Notes: a model not told the origin generated them from the sequence alone. Shown: positions 19,567 to 31,661, numbered from the stretch's first letter. The stretch is DNA of 64,000 nucleotides from Cyanobacteriota bacterium (GCA_033764955.1 JANRIL010000041.1:1-64000), one strand, 5' to 3'. Numbers and translations: made by a program.

Positions 19567-21192
19567 CTAGCTAGATAGGCGGCGTTGCAGTTCTTGAGCT
19601 TTTTGGGGGTGGGGGATCTCCTGGGTCAGGGCTTGGATCAGTTGTAGGCGACTGAGGGTATTGCCGCGAGCCATCACCTGTTTCAACACAAAGGATCCCA
19701 TAGGTCCTACTAAGTCCACCATTTCCCGTTCACAACGTTGCAAAAACACTTCATCTACCCCTGGAGAGGAAGGATGGGAAGGGGCTTTGGGCTGAGTGGG
19801 GGGCTTGGGCTGTGTGGGGGCAGAACGATAGTTAGCAGTTTGGGGTTGAGAGGGGGGCGGAGTCGTTGGAGGGTGCTGAGCCTGATTGAAGAGAGAGGTA
19901 GCCTGTTGCCGAAACATGGGTTGTTGATGGGGGGGCAGGTTGGCGGCTAGCTCATCGATCAGGTATTCAGGACTGGGGGCTTCTTGCAAGGATTGTTGTA
20001 AGAGAACGGGGGCAATCGGACCGATGCTCTTGATCAGCAGATTTTCCAGTTGGGTTTGATGCTGTTGGGTGAGGTGAAGCTTGGGACCAGTCGTCAGAGG
20101 AGGGGGGTTATTAGTGGCCTGGGTTTCTAGCTCATTGCTGCTGCGGTTGGGCGTAGTGAGGGTGGAAAGGTTCGCCCGATAAATTTGGGATCCCGAAACA
20201 TCCTGAAGCACCATCCCCAAATGTTGGGAAAGCGCCTGCATCGAACTGGGTCGCAACTGCCGATCTTTAGCCAGACAAGACATCACCACTTGTTCTAGCG
20301 AGGCCGGCAACAGGCAGGGCTGCATCACCTCCCGAAAACTGCGGGGAGGCAGGTAGTTATGGGCTTCGTACCAGGCAGGGAAGGAGGGGGTCTTGGGACT
20401 GAGGGGAAGCTTGCCCGTCAACATTTGATAGATCACCACCCCCAGAGAATAAATATCCGAGCGGGCATCCAAGTCTTCTCCGCGCAGTTGCTCAGGGGAA
20501 GCATAGCCGGGAGTGCCGATGAAGCCGGATTGGGTTCCCATGTTGATCGTGGCATCGCTCACCACCTTGGCAATGCCAAAATCGAGGATCTTAATGGTTT
20601 CTCCCAGGGTGCTATCGCCCAACACAAAAATATTGCTGGGCTTGATATCGCGGTGGATCACGCCACGGATCGCCCGTCCTTCTAGGATGGTTTCAAAGCG
20701 GTGGGCATGATGCAGACCACTGCAAATTTGCTGAGCCAGCCGCACCACCCGCTGGGGATCCAGTGGCCCCTGTTGATCAATCAAATAGCCCAGATCAAAG
20801 GCGGTGGGGGGGAATCCCAGATATTCCATGATCAGATAGGGTTGATGCTGGTCAAACCCATAATCAATCACCTGAATAATCCGCGGATGTTCCCCCAACA
20901 AAACGCTCACTCTGGCCTCTTCCTCAAAACGTTTCTCTAGTTGCAGCCTGAGTTTGGGAGAATCACTCAGGGGTTGCGACAACAACTTGATGGCTACGGG
21001 ACGTTGAAACAAACGAGTATCGACGGCCTTAAAAATTTGCCCCATTCCCCCCGCCCCAATTAACTGAGTCAACCGATAACGGTCGCCAATCATCTCTCCG
21101 ACTTTCCGCTCACTCATGGCTGACTCAACTGAGGACGTTCGAGCAGGGCTAAGGTATGTTTTCATTGTGACCATTCCTGTCACGATTGCCAC
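19567..21192 (-). CDS. Hanks-type Ser/Thr protein kinase with two C-terminal helical repeats
   Basis: IGAGGMG, VAIK, HRDIKPSN, DFGIAK, GTPGYASPE; repeats L..SIGPIAPVLL and M..LVGPMGSFVL separated by a Pro/Gln linker. Confidence 0.92.
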   Translation of the reverse strand: MAIVTGMVTMKTYLSPARTSSVESAMSERKVGEMIGDRYRLTQLIGAGGMGQIFKAVDTRLFQRPVAIKLLSQPLSDSPKLRLQLEKRFEEEARVSVLLGEHPRIIQVIDYGFDQHQPYLIMEYLGFPPTAFDLGYLIDQQGPLDPQRVVRLAQQICSGLHHAHRFETILEGRAIRGVIHRDIKPSNIFVLGDSTLGETIKILDFGIAKVVSDATINMGTQSGFIGTPGYASPEQLRGEDLDARSDIYSLGVVIYQMLTGKLPLSPKTPSFPAWYEAHNYLPPRSFREVMQPCLLPASLEQVVMSCLAKDRQLRPSSMQALSQHLGMVLQDVSGSQIYRANLSTLTTPNRSSNELETQATNNPPPLTTGPKLHLTQQHQTQLENLLIKSIGPIAPVLLQQSLQEAPSPEYLIDELAANLPPHQQPMFRQQATSLFNQAQHPPTTPPPSQPQTANYRSAPTQPKPPTQPKAPSHPSSPGVDEVFLQRCEREMVDLVGPMGSFVLKQVMARGNTLSRLQLIQALTQEIPHPQKAQELQRRLSS

Positions 21193-21347
21193 CCATTCTG
21201 CTAGATTGGGTCATCTCAGCAGCGGGATCCGTGACCAATTGCGCGTGCTTCTTTATTGTCTCGTTGCCTGATCCACAGTTTTTTGATAGAGATCACCGAT
21301 GGACTGTGGGATAGATTAGGAAGCAATCATCAAACGAAAAGCCCCTA

Positions 21348-22487
21348 GTGGTAGCCATGGCTATTCTTTCCTCTCGTCCGGATCCCTCTCCTTTGTCAAC
21401 GGGGATCCCTGATTTGCTCAACCCCCAACCCAGCCCTGCTGAGCTGTCGGAAGATCCTCTGGCGAGAGAAAATCAAGCACCGGATCCCAACACCCCGGAA
21501 GAATCCCTACGCCCACAAACGTTGCAGGACTACATTGGACAGACCGAGATGAAAGCGGTGCTGTCGATTTTTATTGCGGCGGCTCGTTCTCGCCAAGAAC
21601 CGTTAGATCACATGCTTTTTTATGGCCCACCGGGGTTGGGGAAAACAACCGTAGCCACTGCCCTTGCCCATGAGATGGGATCCAAAATTCACATGACGAC
21701 AGCTCCCGCCCTAGAAAGCCCGCGGGATATTGCTGGATATCTGGTGCGACTGAAACGGGGGGATATCTTGTTTATTGATGAAATCCATCGTTTGCCCAAA
21801 ATCACCGAAGAACTGCTCTATCCAGCAATGGAGGACTACCGCCTAGACATCACGATCGGCAAAGGGCGCTCTGCCCGTATTACTTCTGTTGCCCTGGAGA
21901 AATTCACCTTAATCGGAGCCACGACTCGTGCCGGAGCCTTAACCTCTCCCCTGCGGGATCGCTTTGGGCAGTTGATCCATCTGCATTTCTACGAAGAAGC
22001 CGAGCTTATCCAAATTGTTCAACGCACCGCCCGCCTGCTCAACACCCCGATTGATGAGGAAGGAGCCAGCGCCATTGCCCGCCGCTCCCGTGGCACTCCC
22101 CGCATTGCCAACCGCCTCTTCAAGCGGGTGCGGGACTACGCTCAGGTGAAGGGGGATGGATGGATCCATGGATCTATCGCGGTGGAAGCCCTGGAACTGT
22201 TTCATGTAGATCCGAAAGGACTGGATTGGACAGACCGCAAATTGCTCACCATGATCATCGAGCATTTTCAAGGAGGACCGGTGGGGTTGGATACCATGGC
22301 GGCCATTACGGGAGAGGATCCCCAAACGATTGAGGAGGTGTATGAGCCTTATCTGCTACAGATTGGTTATCTGCAACGCACCTCCCGTGGGCGGGTCGTG
22401 ACAACAGCAGCTTTCCGTCACTTGGGCTATCCCGTTCAGCCGGCATTCCAGCATGAGGGGCAAGCTCCCCTCCCCCTCTGGAGTTAA
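21348..22487 (+). CDS. ruvB: Holliday junction branch migration helicase
   Basis: [47 protein letters not shown]. Confidence 0.97.
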   Translation: MVAMAILSSRPDPSPLSTGIPDLLNPQPSPAELSEDPLARENQAPDPNTPEESLRPQTLQDYIGQTEMKAVLSIFIAAARSRQEPLDHMLFYGPPGLGKTTVATALAHEMGSKIHMTTAPALESPRDIAGYLVRLKRGDILFIDEIHRLPKITEELLYPAMEDYRLDITIGKGRSARITSVALEKFTLIGATTRAGALTSPLRDRFGQLIHLHFYEEAELIQIVQRTARLLNTPIDEEGASAIARRSRGTPRIANRLFKRVRDYAQVKGDGWIHGSIAVEALELFHVDPKGLDWTDRKLLTMIIEHFQGGPVGLDTMAAITGEDPQTIEEVYEPYLLQIGYLQRTSRGRVVTTAAFRHLGYPVQPAFQHEGQAPLPLWS

Positions 22488-22907
22488 TGGTAGGTCAGTC
22501 AGAGATTTTGGAGGATCCCCATAAGCAGAGGTCTCTGCGAATAGATATACTTCTTCTGAATTAGGGTAGGCAAGAAAAAGTAAAGAGCAAGTTAAAGGTA
22601 ATCATTTTGGCAACGGGATAAGCAGCCTATTGAGTTTTCGGTTTTGCGTTGGGATGACTGTACAGCTATGGTTTGGATGGAATAAGTTGGTAGACAGATT
22701 ACCCAAATTAGGTTGTCTCCTCATTTGACATGTCTAACTTCCAGGAACCTCAGCCTAACTAGACTGATGCACTGACTAGCCGCCAAAAATAGATTATTGA
22801 GAGTAGCCTTTTTTCAAGAGACTTGGTAATGTCCTATAGGATTATAGTCTGAGTCATAATCTACAGTTCAACATCAACCGTAAAAGCTACCCCAATAGGT
22901 TTATCTT

Positions 22908-23444
22908 ATGCCCTACTCTAATGTTGATAAAGGCAAGCACACCTCTCGATTCAGATGGGCTTACCTCATCACCCTTGTAACGATTATGGCAACCCCTTTC
23001 ACTCTTGTAGGCTGTAATTCTGATGACAGTGAGCCTTCTATCCTAGTGACTCCTACTTCCATACCGACTCCTGTTCCAGTACCCAGTCCGACTGCCGTGC
23101 CATCGCCCAGTGCTACCTCATCCCCGTCTCCCAGTCCGACTGCCGCCCCTGCTTCTAGCTTTAATGTGGTATTTAATAACTCTATTCCTGACGGAACCCC
23201 TGCTATCCTGACGCGCATTGTTGTTCGACCCGCTTTAGCTAATCCTGTATCCATTACCGTGGACGGAATCGCTTTTACGGCTGTCAACGGTGGCTCCAAT
23301 CCTGATACGTTTACTAACTATGCAACCGCTGCACCAGGAACCTTGATTGTTCCGGTGGGGGAAGCCATTACGATCCCAGGACGAACCACAGAGGTGGTAG
23401 AAGTTTTCGTAGATAGTTCGTTGGTTGCGACCAATACCAACTAG
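22908..23444 (+). CDS. Putative lipoprotein with Pro/Ser/Thr linker
   Basis: Hydrophobic leader with lipobox LVG-C, PTPVPVPSPT linker, small beta-rich C-terminal domain. Confidence 0.7.
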   Translation: MPYSNVDKGKHTSRFRWAYLITLVTIMATPFTLVGCNSDDSEPSILVTPTSIPTPVPVPSPTAVPSPSATSSPSPSPTAAPASSFNVVFNNSIPDGTPAILTRIVVRPALANPVSITVDGIAFTAVNGGSNPDTFTNYATAAPGTLIVPVGEAITIPGRTTEVVEVFVDSSLVATNTN

Positions 23445-23477
23445 CTATATACCTTTTCTATCTTCTTTTCCCAGAAC

Positions 23478-23530
23478 AGCAACCGGGATCGCGGTTGCTC
23501 AGCCTCTTGTTACCAAGAGGCTTTGTTTTT
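23478..23530 (+). terminator. Tandem hairpins / intrinsic terminator
   Basis: AGCAACCG..CGGTTGCT hairpin, then AGCCTCTTG-TTAC-CAAGAGGCT followed by TTGTTTTT, just after the lipoprotein gene. Confidence 0.75.
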
Positions 23531-23635
23531 GGGCGAAATGTTTGGATATAGCGACTAGCCACGAGCCGCTTTATGCTTTACCACCTCACAATTCCTGGGT
23601 CGGGGAACTCCTCAGGTACAATTTGAAAGAGCTAT

Positions 23636-26422
23636 TTGAGTTTGATCGTTATGACACCTTCCGAAGGGCATTCTGCAGTTAGCCCCTGGCATACCCTGAG
23701 CTTGCCTAAGTTGCTTCAGCAGTTGCAAACGGATCCCGAAAAAGGACTATCTACCGCCGAAGTCGGTCAGCGCCAGGAGCAGTATGGAGCCAACCAACTG
23801 GAAGCGTCTAGGGGACGGAGTAACTGGCAGGTGTTGTTGGATCAATTCACCAACATCATGCTGCTGATGCTCTTGGGTGTGGCTATCGTCTCTGCATGGC
23901 TGGATCTGCGGGAGGGATCCTTTCCTAAAGATGCCATCGCTATTCTGGCCATTGTTGGTCTAAATGGGGCACTGGGTTACCTCCAGGAAAGTCGGGCAGA
24001 AAAAGCCCTAGCCGCTCTCAAAAAACTGGCCTCTCCCGTGGTAAAGGTGCGCCGCGATGGCAAACTACAAGAAGTTCCGGCAGTGCAACTGGTGCCGGGA
24101 GATTTGGTGAGCCTCGAGGCTGGGGTGCAAATTCCGGCGGATGGTCGTCTCTGGGAGGCAGTCAATCTGCAAATTCGGGAAGCCGCCCTCACAGGAGAAG
24201 CCGTGGCGGTCACCAAACAAGTGGAAGCAGATTTGGATCCTGAAACGCCCCTGGGGGATCGCCTTAACATGGCCTTTCAGGGAACCGAGGTGATGCAGGG
24301 GCGAGGAACTCTGGTGGTGACCCAAATTGGCATGCAGACCGAACTGGGCAAGATCGCCAACCTACTCCAATCGGTGGAGAACGAACCCACACCCTTGCAG
24401 CGACGCATGGATCAGTTGGGTAATGTTTTGGTATCGGGATCCCTGGTTTTGGTTGCCTTAGTTGTGGTGGGCGGGATCCTTCGCACAGGCAATTTTAGTA
24501 TTTTCACGGATTTACTGGAGATCTCCCTGAGTATGGCAGTGGCGGTGGTGCCGGAAGGGCTGCCCGCTGTGATCACGGTGACCCTGGCGATTGGTACGCA
24601 GCGGATGGTGCGTCGCCATGCTTTGATTCGCCGCCTGCCCGCTGTAGAAACCCTCGGCTCCGTCACCACCATCTGCTCCGACAAAACGGGCACCCTCACC
24701 GAGAACAAAATGGTGGTGACTTCCCTTGAAACCCCCAGTGCCCACTACCATGTGACGGGAACGGGATATTTACCAGAGGGGGAGTTTTATCAGCAGCAGC
24801 AACGGACGGATCCCACCCAATCGGTGGAGCTAAGCGCCCTCTTGGTAGCGGGGGTATTGTGCAACGATGCCCTCCTGCAACCCACCTCCAATCCCCAGGA
24901 GTCTGCCCAGGTGTGGGGAGTGCTGGGGGATCCCACGGAAGGGGCACTGTTGGCGGTGGCCGGTAAAGCCAAATTATTCAAAAGTGAGGTGGATACATGT
25001 TTCCCCCGCAAAGCGGAGATTCCTTTCTCCTCCGAACGCAAGCGCATGAGTGTGGTGGTATCTCCAACCGGTGAGGGGAATAGCCCTCTACTCTTGTTTT
25101 GTAAGGGATCCCCGGAGTTGGTGTTGGAGCGGTGTAGCCAGATTTTTGTGCAGGGAGAACATCAACCTCTGACGGATACTCAGTGTCAGGAGATTTTGGC
25201 TGCCAATAACGCCCTGGCTGGGCAAGGAATCCGCGTTTTAGGGTTCGCCACGCGGGAGCTTGCCGATCTGCCCACCGGTGAATCCCAGGAATTCCTGGAA
25301 GCGGAGATGACCTGGTTAGGATTGATCGGGATGCGGGACGCCCCTCGCCGGGAAGCACGGGAAGCGGTGGCTCAATGCCGCGAAGCAGGCATTCGCCCCA
25401 TCATGATTACCGGAGATCACCAGCTAACCGCCATTGCCATTGCCCGCGATCTGGGGATTGTGGGAGAGAGTGATCGGGCTGTGGAAGGCAAAGCCCTCAA
25501 CCACATGACCCCACAGCAACTCAAGGAAACCGTCAAAACCGTCAGCGTCTACGCCCGTGTGGCTCCCGAACACAAGCTACGGATTGTACAGGCACTGCAA
25601 GAACAGGATCAGTTTGTTGCCATGACCGGGGATGGAGTCAACGATGCCCCTGCCCTCAAACAGGCGGACATTGGGGTAGCAATGGGGATCACAGGTACCG
25701 ATGTCAGCAAAGAAGCTAGTGACATGGTTCTGCTGGATGACAACTTTGCCACCATCGTGGCGGCAGTGGAAGAAGGGCGATTGGTTTACAGCAACATCCG
25801 CCGCTTTATCAAATACATCTTGGGTAGCAACATTGGTGAGGTCTTGACAATTGCGGCAGCTCCCCTGCTGGGCTTGGGGGGAGTCCCCCTCACCCCCCTA
25901 CAAATTTTGTGGATGAACTTGGTTACGGATGGGTTACCTGCTCTGGCTCTGGCTATGGAGCCTGCCGAAGCGGGAATAATGCAGCGTCCCCCCTTTGATC
26001 CCAAGGAAAGTATTTTCTCCAGAGGGCTGGGATCCTACATGCTGCGGGTTGGGATCGTCTTTGCTGTGATCACAATTACCATGATGGTGTGGATGGCACC
26101 CCTCACCTCCCATTGGCAAACGATGGTATTTACGACCCTCTGTATTGCCCAAATGGGACATGCCCTGGCGGTGCGCTCCACCAGCAAGCTGCTCATCGAA
26201 ATCAATCCGTTCACGAATCTCTACCTGCTCTGGGCGGTGGGATTAACCATACTCCTACAAGTGGCTCTCCTCTATGTGCCTTTCCTCAGCCGTTTCTTTG
26301 GCACGGATCCCCTCACAGGAGCAGAGTTGCTGATCTGTGTTGGCTTTAGTTTGTTAGTGCTGCTCTGGATTGAGATCGAAAAATTGGTGATTCGCTGGTT
26401 GGCTCCCAAGGGAGGACTTTAA
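23636..26422 (+). CDS. P-type IIA cation (Ca2+)-transporting ATPase, PacL-like
   Basis: [40 protein letters not shown]. Confidence 0.95.
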   Translation: MSLIVMTPSEGHSAVSPWHTLSLPKLLQQLQTDPEKGLSTAEVGQRQEQYGANQLEASRGRSNWQVLLDQFTNIMLLMLLGVAIVSAWLDLREGSFPKDAIAILAIVGLNGALGYLQESRAEKALAALKKLASPVVKVRRDGKLQEVPAVQLVPGDLVSLEAGVQIPADGRLWEAVNLQIREAALTGEAVAVTKQVEADLDPETPLGDRLNMAFQGTEVMQGRGTLVVTQIGMQTELGKIANLLQSVENEPTPLQRRMDQLGNVLVSGSLVLVALVVVGGILRTGNFSIFTDLLEISLSMAVAVVPEGLPAVITVTLAIGTQRMVRRHALIRRLPAVETLGSVTTICSDKTGTLTENKMVVTSLETPSAHYHVTGTGYLPEGEFYQQQQRTDPTQSVELSALLVAGVLCNDALLQPTSNPQESAQVWGVLGDPTEGALLAVAGKAKLFKSEVDTCFPRKAEIPFSSERKRMSVVVSPTGEGNSPLLLFCKGSPELVLERCSQIFVQGEHQPLTDTQCQEILAANNALAGQGIRVLGFATRELADLPTGESQEFLEAEMTWLGLIGMRDAPRREAREAVAQCREAGIRPIMITGDHQLTAIAIARDLGIVGESDRAVEGKALNHMTPQQLKETVKTVSVYARVAPEHKLRIVQALQEQDQFVAMTGDGVNDAPALKQADIGVAMGITGTDVSKEASDMVLLDDNFATIVAAVEEGRLVYSNIRRFIKYILGSNIGEVLTIAAAPLLGLGGVPLTPLQILWMNLVTDGLPALALAMEPAEAGIMQRPPFDPKESIFSRGLGSYMLRVGIVFAVITITMMVWMAPLTSHWQTMVFTTLCIAQMGHALAVRSTSKLLIEINPFTNLYLLWAVGLTILLQVALLYVPFLSRFFGTDPLTGAELLICVGFSLLVLLWIEIEKLVIRWLAPKGGL

Positions 26423-26822
26423 GCTAGGGCATGTCATCAAGTTAAAGCTAATAACCAAATTCTGGATCCAACACCGCGAACTTTTGCCATTCCTATTCCA
26501 GTCATGGTTATGAGGCAATAGAAGGCTCCACAGGCTTAGCTTATGGAGAATAGAAAGCCTGGGATAAAAATGATGGGCTTCGTTCATTCTCAATAAGACG
26601 TCCGGCTCAATGCTTTCCTATGAACGCTTGGGTACTACCATGGGTGGCAAAGGGTTATGGCTTCTTGAATGGTTGGGTATAGTCGTTCCAATTTAGTTTG
26701 AGAACCCCAAAATCTCTCAAAGCTTGGATATCAAGGTTTAGGTGGTCGCATTCTTATTTGGAATGACTATATCTTTATCATCTGGTTTGGGCATGGAACC
26801 GTTGATGGCTGACTATCAGAAA

Positions 26823-29705
26823 TTATGGTTTGGGCAAAATCTCAACCGTTCCCCGATAACCATCCACCCTCACCCATTGTCCATCTCGCAGTTTTTGGCT
26901 AGCTTGTTCGACATTCATCACCGCCGGGATCCCATATTCTCGTGCCACGATGGCTCCGTGGGAAAGTTGTCCTCCCACTTCTGAAATGATGGCTTTGGCG
27001 GCGATGAGCATTGGTGTCCATCCGGCATCGGTGTAGGGGACTACCAAAATCAGCCCTGCCCGCCAGCCATCTTGACTACTGGGCAAATTCACCCGATCTA
27101 TAGACTGAAAGATCTTGATTTCTCCCTCAACACAGCCAACACTAGCTGGGATCCCCCGCAGTTGGTTTTCGCAGGGGTGGAGGGTCGGTGACAAGAATTC
27201 TGGTTGTGGTAGGTGGGATCCATAGACAACAGCAGGAACAGACTGCTGCTGATCATCCAAAAATGCTTGATGTCGTTGCTTAATTTGGGCTTTCCATTTT
27301 TCGTAAGCATTCGATTGAGTTTGAATACCTTCTCTAATTTCTGGCCATTCTAGATAAAAAATATCCCCTGGGTTTTCTAGAATTCCTTTCTCAATCCAAT
27401 GACTTTCTAGAGCCAAAATCATCCAACGGAGATAGGCCAATAATTGCAGATAAACCTGAGTGATCCGCCCTTTGAGATCAACCCGTGATTGACATTGTCT
27501 AACTCGCCACTGAGCAGGAGGAAAGGATGACAAGACGGCAGGAACACGGCTAGCAGGTGGCTGTAAGGCCAAAGTGATGATGAGGTGACGTAAAATCTCC
27601 GGCTGTTCCCGCCAACAGGGTATGGCAATATCGGTGCCCACTTGACTGAGCCACCCATAGTTGTTTAACAACTCCGCCACGACTTGGGCAAAGGGATCCC
27701 TATGCAGAGCTGCTTCCATCTGTGCTTGTGGAGATAAGGGTAAATCAGGTTGGAGGCTTTGCCGTAATTGGCTAGCTAGATTTTGCAGGGCTTCAGCAAA
27801 AGCTACCTCCGGTAACGACCGGGAGCTAAGCGCTGCATCGGGCACGTTGAGGATATGACGACGGATGGCTAAACCAATTGGCCCCACAATATTAAAGTAG
27901 GTGGCTGGCCGGAGGGCTTGCAAAATTGCCTCAGCCCAGTGGAGGAGTTCTTGGGGATCCTGTTTGGACAACGCTTGTGTTTCTAATTGGATCTCTAGTT
28001 GCCTGAGTAGGGGCTGAAAGGTGTGCTGATCCGCTTGGGCAAAGTCTTGGACTAAGCGCCATTCTCGCCCAATCAAACGAGCTAGTCCCGGCAAACAGGC
28101 CAGCAGATGGGTATAGGCAGAACGGGGTGGCTTGCCCATTTTTCCTCCCCGCAACAAAAACTCCAGTCCCTGCTCTGGTAACCCCATTTGCCGAAAGATC
28201 TCCCCCAGCAGGGTGGCATTAAAGTAGGCATGGGATCCCAGCAAGGTGGCCGTCTGGTTAAAGTCGAGATGTTGGGCAGATTGACCCAAGACTAGGCTAA
28301 AAAGCTCCCCCCACACACCGCAGGTGAGGGGACGGTTGATCGACCAGGTGAGGGGGCGAATCGCTCCGGGAATTACCTCGCTGGCAATGGTGCGCGTCCA
28401 GATGGGACGCAGGTTGGTGATGGGGCGGCTCTGTAAAATCCAGAGGGTTTCTCCATCCCACGTCCATTCAATGTCTTGGGGGATGCCGTGGAAATGAGCT
28501 TCGATCCGGCGACTCACCTGCACCACTTCCGCCAGCGGGAAGGGAAACGGCAGAGTGGACTCATCCAGATCTTGTGGATCTTGATCACCAGCTATTTCCA
28601 GATGTAGGGGCTGCACCTGACCCGACACAACCCCTGCCGCTCCTCCCAGCACCGCTTCTACAACCACCTGGGATCCCCCATGCAGAGGATGGCGGCTAAA
28701 GGTAACCCCCGATACCTTGCCCATGATCTGCTGTTGAATCAAAACCGCTAAACCGGAAGAAGTAACTGTGGAGCCGGATGGATGAGTCTGTCGATAGGTG
28801 GTGGCTGCCGGACTGTTATAGGCTTGCCGACAGTGGGCAATGGCCGCTGTCAGTTGATCGAGGGTGCGAATATCAGGGATTGAGGTGTATTGTCCTGCCG
28901 CCGAGCTAGCCGAGCTGTCTTCCCCCACCGCTGAGGAACGGACAATCCAGAGGGAGTGCTCTGGTGTGACGAGAGCCGCGAGAACAGCAGTAGGAATAGT
29001 AGAAATATCTCCCGCCGCCGCTAGCACCCAACCCTCCGGTACGGTAAAGCCCGCCTGTTGCAGTTGGGCAAGATGGGCTGCTTTCCCCCCCCAGCGTTGG
29101 GGATCCCTGGCTTCTCGCAAGCGCACCCACAGTTTGGCCACAGCCATATCATCCTTTTGCAGCAGATTCATGCCTATGACTAGCACGGCCAGGCTGAGCA
29201 TCGCCAGAGTTTGGTGGGGCGACTGTTGCCAGACGGCCACCCAGAGGGCGGCGCTCAAACACCCCAAGCGAGCCGCTAAGAGCCGCCGTCGCGTTAGGAC
29301 TAAAATCCCCAGCCCCGTTAAGCCTGTCGAAAGAGCCACCAGCGGCGCATAAAAGACCACCCCCCACACCACATTGGTCACCCCACCCCCCCGCCCGCAA
29401 AACCGCCCCACCACTAGGGGCAGCAACACCAACACCTGCCAGAGGGGATCCCCCAACTGTCCGGCGATCCAAACGGGCAAAACCCCCCTGACAATTTCCG
29501 CCAGAGCCACCCAAATCCCCACACGGGATCCCACCTGCCGAAAGGCTGCTGATACGCTGACATTGCCGGTTCCCACTTGACGCAGATCGTGACCCGTCAG
29601 TCCCCAAACGATACCGTGACCCAACGGTAACCAGCCCCACACCAAGCAGGCCGCTAACCCCAGCCACCCTCTGTTTTCCGCCCACCAACCGCCATCTACC
29701 ACCAT
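26823..29705 (-). CDS. PlsY-like membrane domain fused to a PEP-synthase / rifampicin-phosphotransferase-like dikinase
   Basis: N-terminal DLRQVGTGNVSVSAAF...GGGVTNV plus TM helices; GGKAA.L, VRSSAVGED..SAAGQY, PQDIEW, LQSRPIT (ATP-grasp); C-terminal TDAGW...GGQLSHGAIVAREYGIPAV phospho-His swivel. Confidence 0.88.
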   Translation of the reverse strand: MVVDGGWWAENRGWLGLAACLVWGWLPLGHGIVWGLTGHDLRQVGTGNVSVSAAFRQVGSRVGIWVALAEIVRGVLPVWIAGQLGDPLWQVLVLLPLVVGRFCGRGGGVTNVVWGVVFYAPLVALSTGLTGLGILVLTRRRLLAARLGCLSAALWVAVWQQSPHQTLAMLSLAVLVIGMNLLQKDDMAVAKLWVRLREARDPQRWGGKAAHLAQLQQAGFTVPEGWVLAAAGDISTIPTAVLAALVTPEHSLWIVRSSAVGEDSSASSAAGQYTSIPDIRTLDQLTAAIAHCRQAYNSPAATTYRQTHPSGSTVTSSGLAVLIQQQIMGKVSGVTFSRHPLHGGSQVVVEAVLGGAAGVVSGQVQPLHLEIAGDQDPQDLDESTLPFPFPLAEVVQVSRRIEAHFHGIPQDIEWTWDGETLWILQSRPITNLRPIWTRTIASEVIPGAIRPLTWSINRPLTCGVWGELFSLVLGQSAQHLDFNQTATLLGSHAYFNATLLGEIFRQMGLPEQGLEFLLRGGKMGKPPRSAYTHLLACLPGLARLIGREWRLVQDFAQADQHTFQPLLRQLEIQLETQALSKQDPQELLHWAEAILQALRPATYFNIVGPIGLAIRRHILNVPDAALSSRSLPEVAFAEALQNLASQLRQSLQPDLPLSPQAQMEAALHRDPFAQVVAELLNNYGWLSQVGTDIAIPCWREQPEILRHLIITLALQPPASRVPAVLSSFPPAQWRVRQCQSRVDLKGRITQVYLQLLAYLRWMILALESHWIEKGILENPGDIFYLEWPEIREGIQTQSNAYEKWKAQIKQRHQAFLDDQQQSVPAVVYGSHLPQPEFLSPTLHPCENQLRGIPASVGCVEGEIKIFQSIDRVNLPSSQDGWRAGLILVVPYTDAGWTPMLIAAKAIISEVGGQLSHGAIVAREYGIPAVMNVEQASQKLRDGQWVRVDGYRGTVEILPKP

Positions 29706-29917
29706 CCCTTTGCTAGCCCCTCCCCCTTAACATCCCTTAACCAAATTCTCACCCTCATGCTAGTGCCTGAGAGCCGTCAGGAAAAACTCGGTTACAGCCA
29801 CCTTCTTTACCACCGTTGCGGACAAAATGGCGGCAATGTGCGTTCAATCACTAGGGTCAAATGGCAAGAGGCATTTACACTTGTTTACAGACTTCCTTCG
29901 CAAAGGGATCCCCTGGC

Positions 29918-30754
29918 ATGTTGCAGAGCCATACTGATTTCTCTTCCCTGAGATTGCCGTGGTCAGAACTGCTTCGTCAATCGGTGCAGGAAGTGGGGGC
30001 AAAGGTGCAAACCTTGACCGGATTGGGGCTCGCCAGCATGATCATGGGGCTGTGGCTGCTCACCTTGATCAGCGTGTTGAGAATGGATGTCGGTCGTCTA
30101 CCCTGGCTAGCCTGGATCCCGCTCATTCTCTGGCAAACCTTTCTGCAAACCGGTCTCTTTATCACCGCTCACGACGCCATGCACGGAACGGTTTGTCCTC
30201 AGCAGCGTTGGCTCAACGATGGGGTGGGCTATTTGGCGGCTTTTGCCTACTCGGTGTTGTCGTATCCGCAACTGCGGGAAAAACATCACGCCCATCATGC
30301 CAACCCAGCCACCGCCGCGGATCCTGATTTTGATGAACGGGATCCCCACCATCCCCTCACTTGGTACTGGCAATTTATGTGCGGCTATTTGAAAGGATGG
30401 CAGGGATTGATCACGCTAGCGGGGATCAACGGGTTTTATAACGGCTGTCATCTGTTGTTAGGGATCCCGATTCTGAACCTCGTGATTTTTTGGTCGCTAC
30501 CTATCCTCCTCAGTTCCATCCAGTTATTCTATTTCGGCATTTATTTGCCCCATCGTCGCCTACCGGAAGGGTATCCTGACGAGCATCGTGCCCGCAGCAG
30601 CAGCCTGACCGGATTTTGGTCGTTTATTAGCTGCTATCACTTTGGCTATCACTGGGAACACCACGATAACCCTGGGATCCCGTGGTATCGCCTGCCTTCC
30701 CATCAGCGCCGGAGTCTGGCAGGGATGATATATCCCACCGATATATCCTGCTGA
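29918..30754 (+). CDS. crtW: Beta-carotene ketolase (fatty acid desaturase fold)
   Basis: TGLFITAHDAMHG, HHAHH, DPDF, QLFYFGIYLPH, CYHFGYHWEHH..P.IPWYRLP. Confidence 0.88.
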   Translation: MLQSHTDFSSLRLPWSELLRQSVQEVGAKVQTLTGLGLASMIMGLWLLTLISVLRMDVGRLPWLAWIPLILWQTFLQTGLFITAHDAMHGTVCPQQRWLNDGVGYLAAFAYSVLSYPQLREKHHAHHANPATAADPDFDERDPHHPLTWYWQFMCGYLKGWQGLITLAGINGFYNGCHLLLGIPILNLVIFWSLPILLSSIQLFYFGIYLPHRRLPEGYPDEHRARSSSLTGFWSFISCYHFGYHWEHHDNPGIPWYRLPSHQRRSLAGMIYPTDISC

Positions 30755-30804
30755 GATCCCTAAAGAGGAGCCAGAACCCAAACAGAAATCCCACCCAAAA
30801 TTGG

Positions 30805-31656
30805 CTAAATCGGCTCCGCCAACCCTGAAATTCGCAGATACAGCCCAATCAACGGTTGACCCACCAGAGCAGCCACTGCCCCACCGATCGCCAGATAAGG
30901 TCCGAAGGGAATTGGCCGCCCCCACTGCACCCGCTGCATCGCCATTCCGATAGCTCCCCCCAGCGTCCCCACCAAACAACCCACCAACAGCGTCACCACC
31001 ACCCCCGGCCAGCCCAACCACATCCCCACCATAGCCAGCAGTTTGCCATCCCCCAAACCCATCGCCTCCCGCCCCAAAAACAACTTGCCCAGATAGCCGA
31101 TGATTTCTAGGCTCCAGATCCCCAGCACAGCTCCCAAAATACCCGCCAAAAGCGACTCCAGCGAAGCCATCCCCGAACCGGATCCCTCCAGCCAGGGCAT
31201 GAGTAGGCGTACCGGGATCCCCAGCAGCAAGCCCGATTGGGTCAGTTCCTCCAATAACAAAAAGGTATCCAAATCAATCAACGCCAGTGCTAGCAGCCAA
31301 CTTAGCAGGACACAGACGATGCCCGCCTGGGGCGAAAGTCCTAAAACCAGAAAACTCAGGCCATACAATCCCATCGTCAGGGCTTCCACCGCCGGATAGC
31401 GCCAGGAAATAGCCACCCCACAATGACGACAATGCCCCCGCAGCCACAACCATCCCAAAATAGGGACATTTTCGCTCGGACCAAGGGGAGTTTTGCAATG
31501 GGGACAATGGGATCCCGGCTGAATCAGCGATAGCCCCAGAGGTAAACGATAGACAACGACATTGATAAAGCTGCCAACCGCCGCTCCTACGTAGAGAATG
31601 GCGATCCAGATGGGCAGGTAAAGCTCCCACATAACCGCGACCTTATCCCCACTCAA
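30805..31656 (-). CDS. pilD: Type IV prepilin peptidase
   Basis: GSFINVVVYRLP, SHCPHC, G.CRHC, IDLD, MGLGDGKL, IPFGPYL. Confidence 0.95.
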   Translation of the reverse strand: MSGDKVAVMWELYLPIWIAILYVGAAVGSFINVVVYRLPLGLSLIQPGSHCPHCKTPLGPSENVPILGWLWLRGHCRHCGVAISWRYPAVEALTMGLYGLSFLVLGLSPQAGIVCVLLSWLLALALIDLDTFLLLEELTQSGLLLGIPVRLLMPWLEGSGSGMASLESLLAGILGAVLGIWSLEIIGYLGKLFLGREAMGLGDGKLLAMVGMWLGWPGVVVTLLVGCLVGTLGGAIGMAMQRVQWGRPIPFGPYLAIGGAVAALVGQPLIGLYLRISGLAEPI

Positions 31657-31661
31657 CCCAA

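Noticed and set aside
26430..26820. AT-rich 400-bp gap between convergent genes as an sRNA or cassette
   Set aside because: No attC, clear hairpin or intact ORF; possibly a decayed gene but unsupported.
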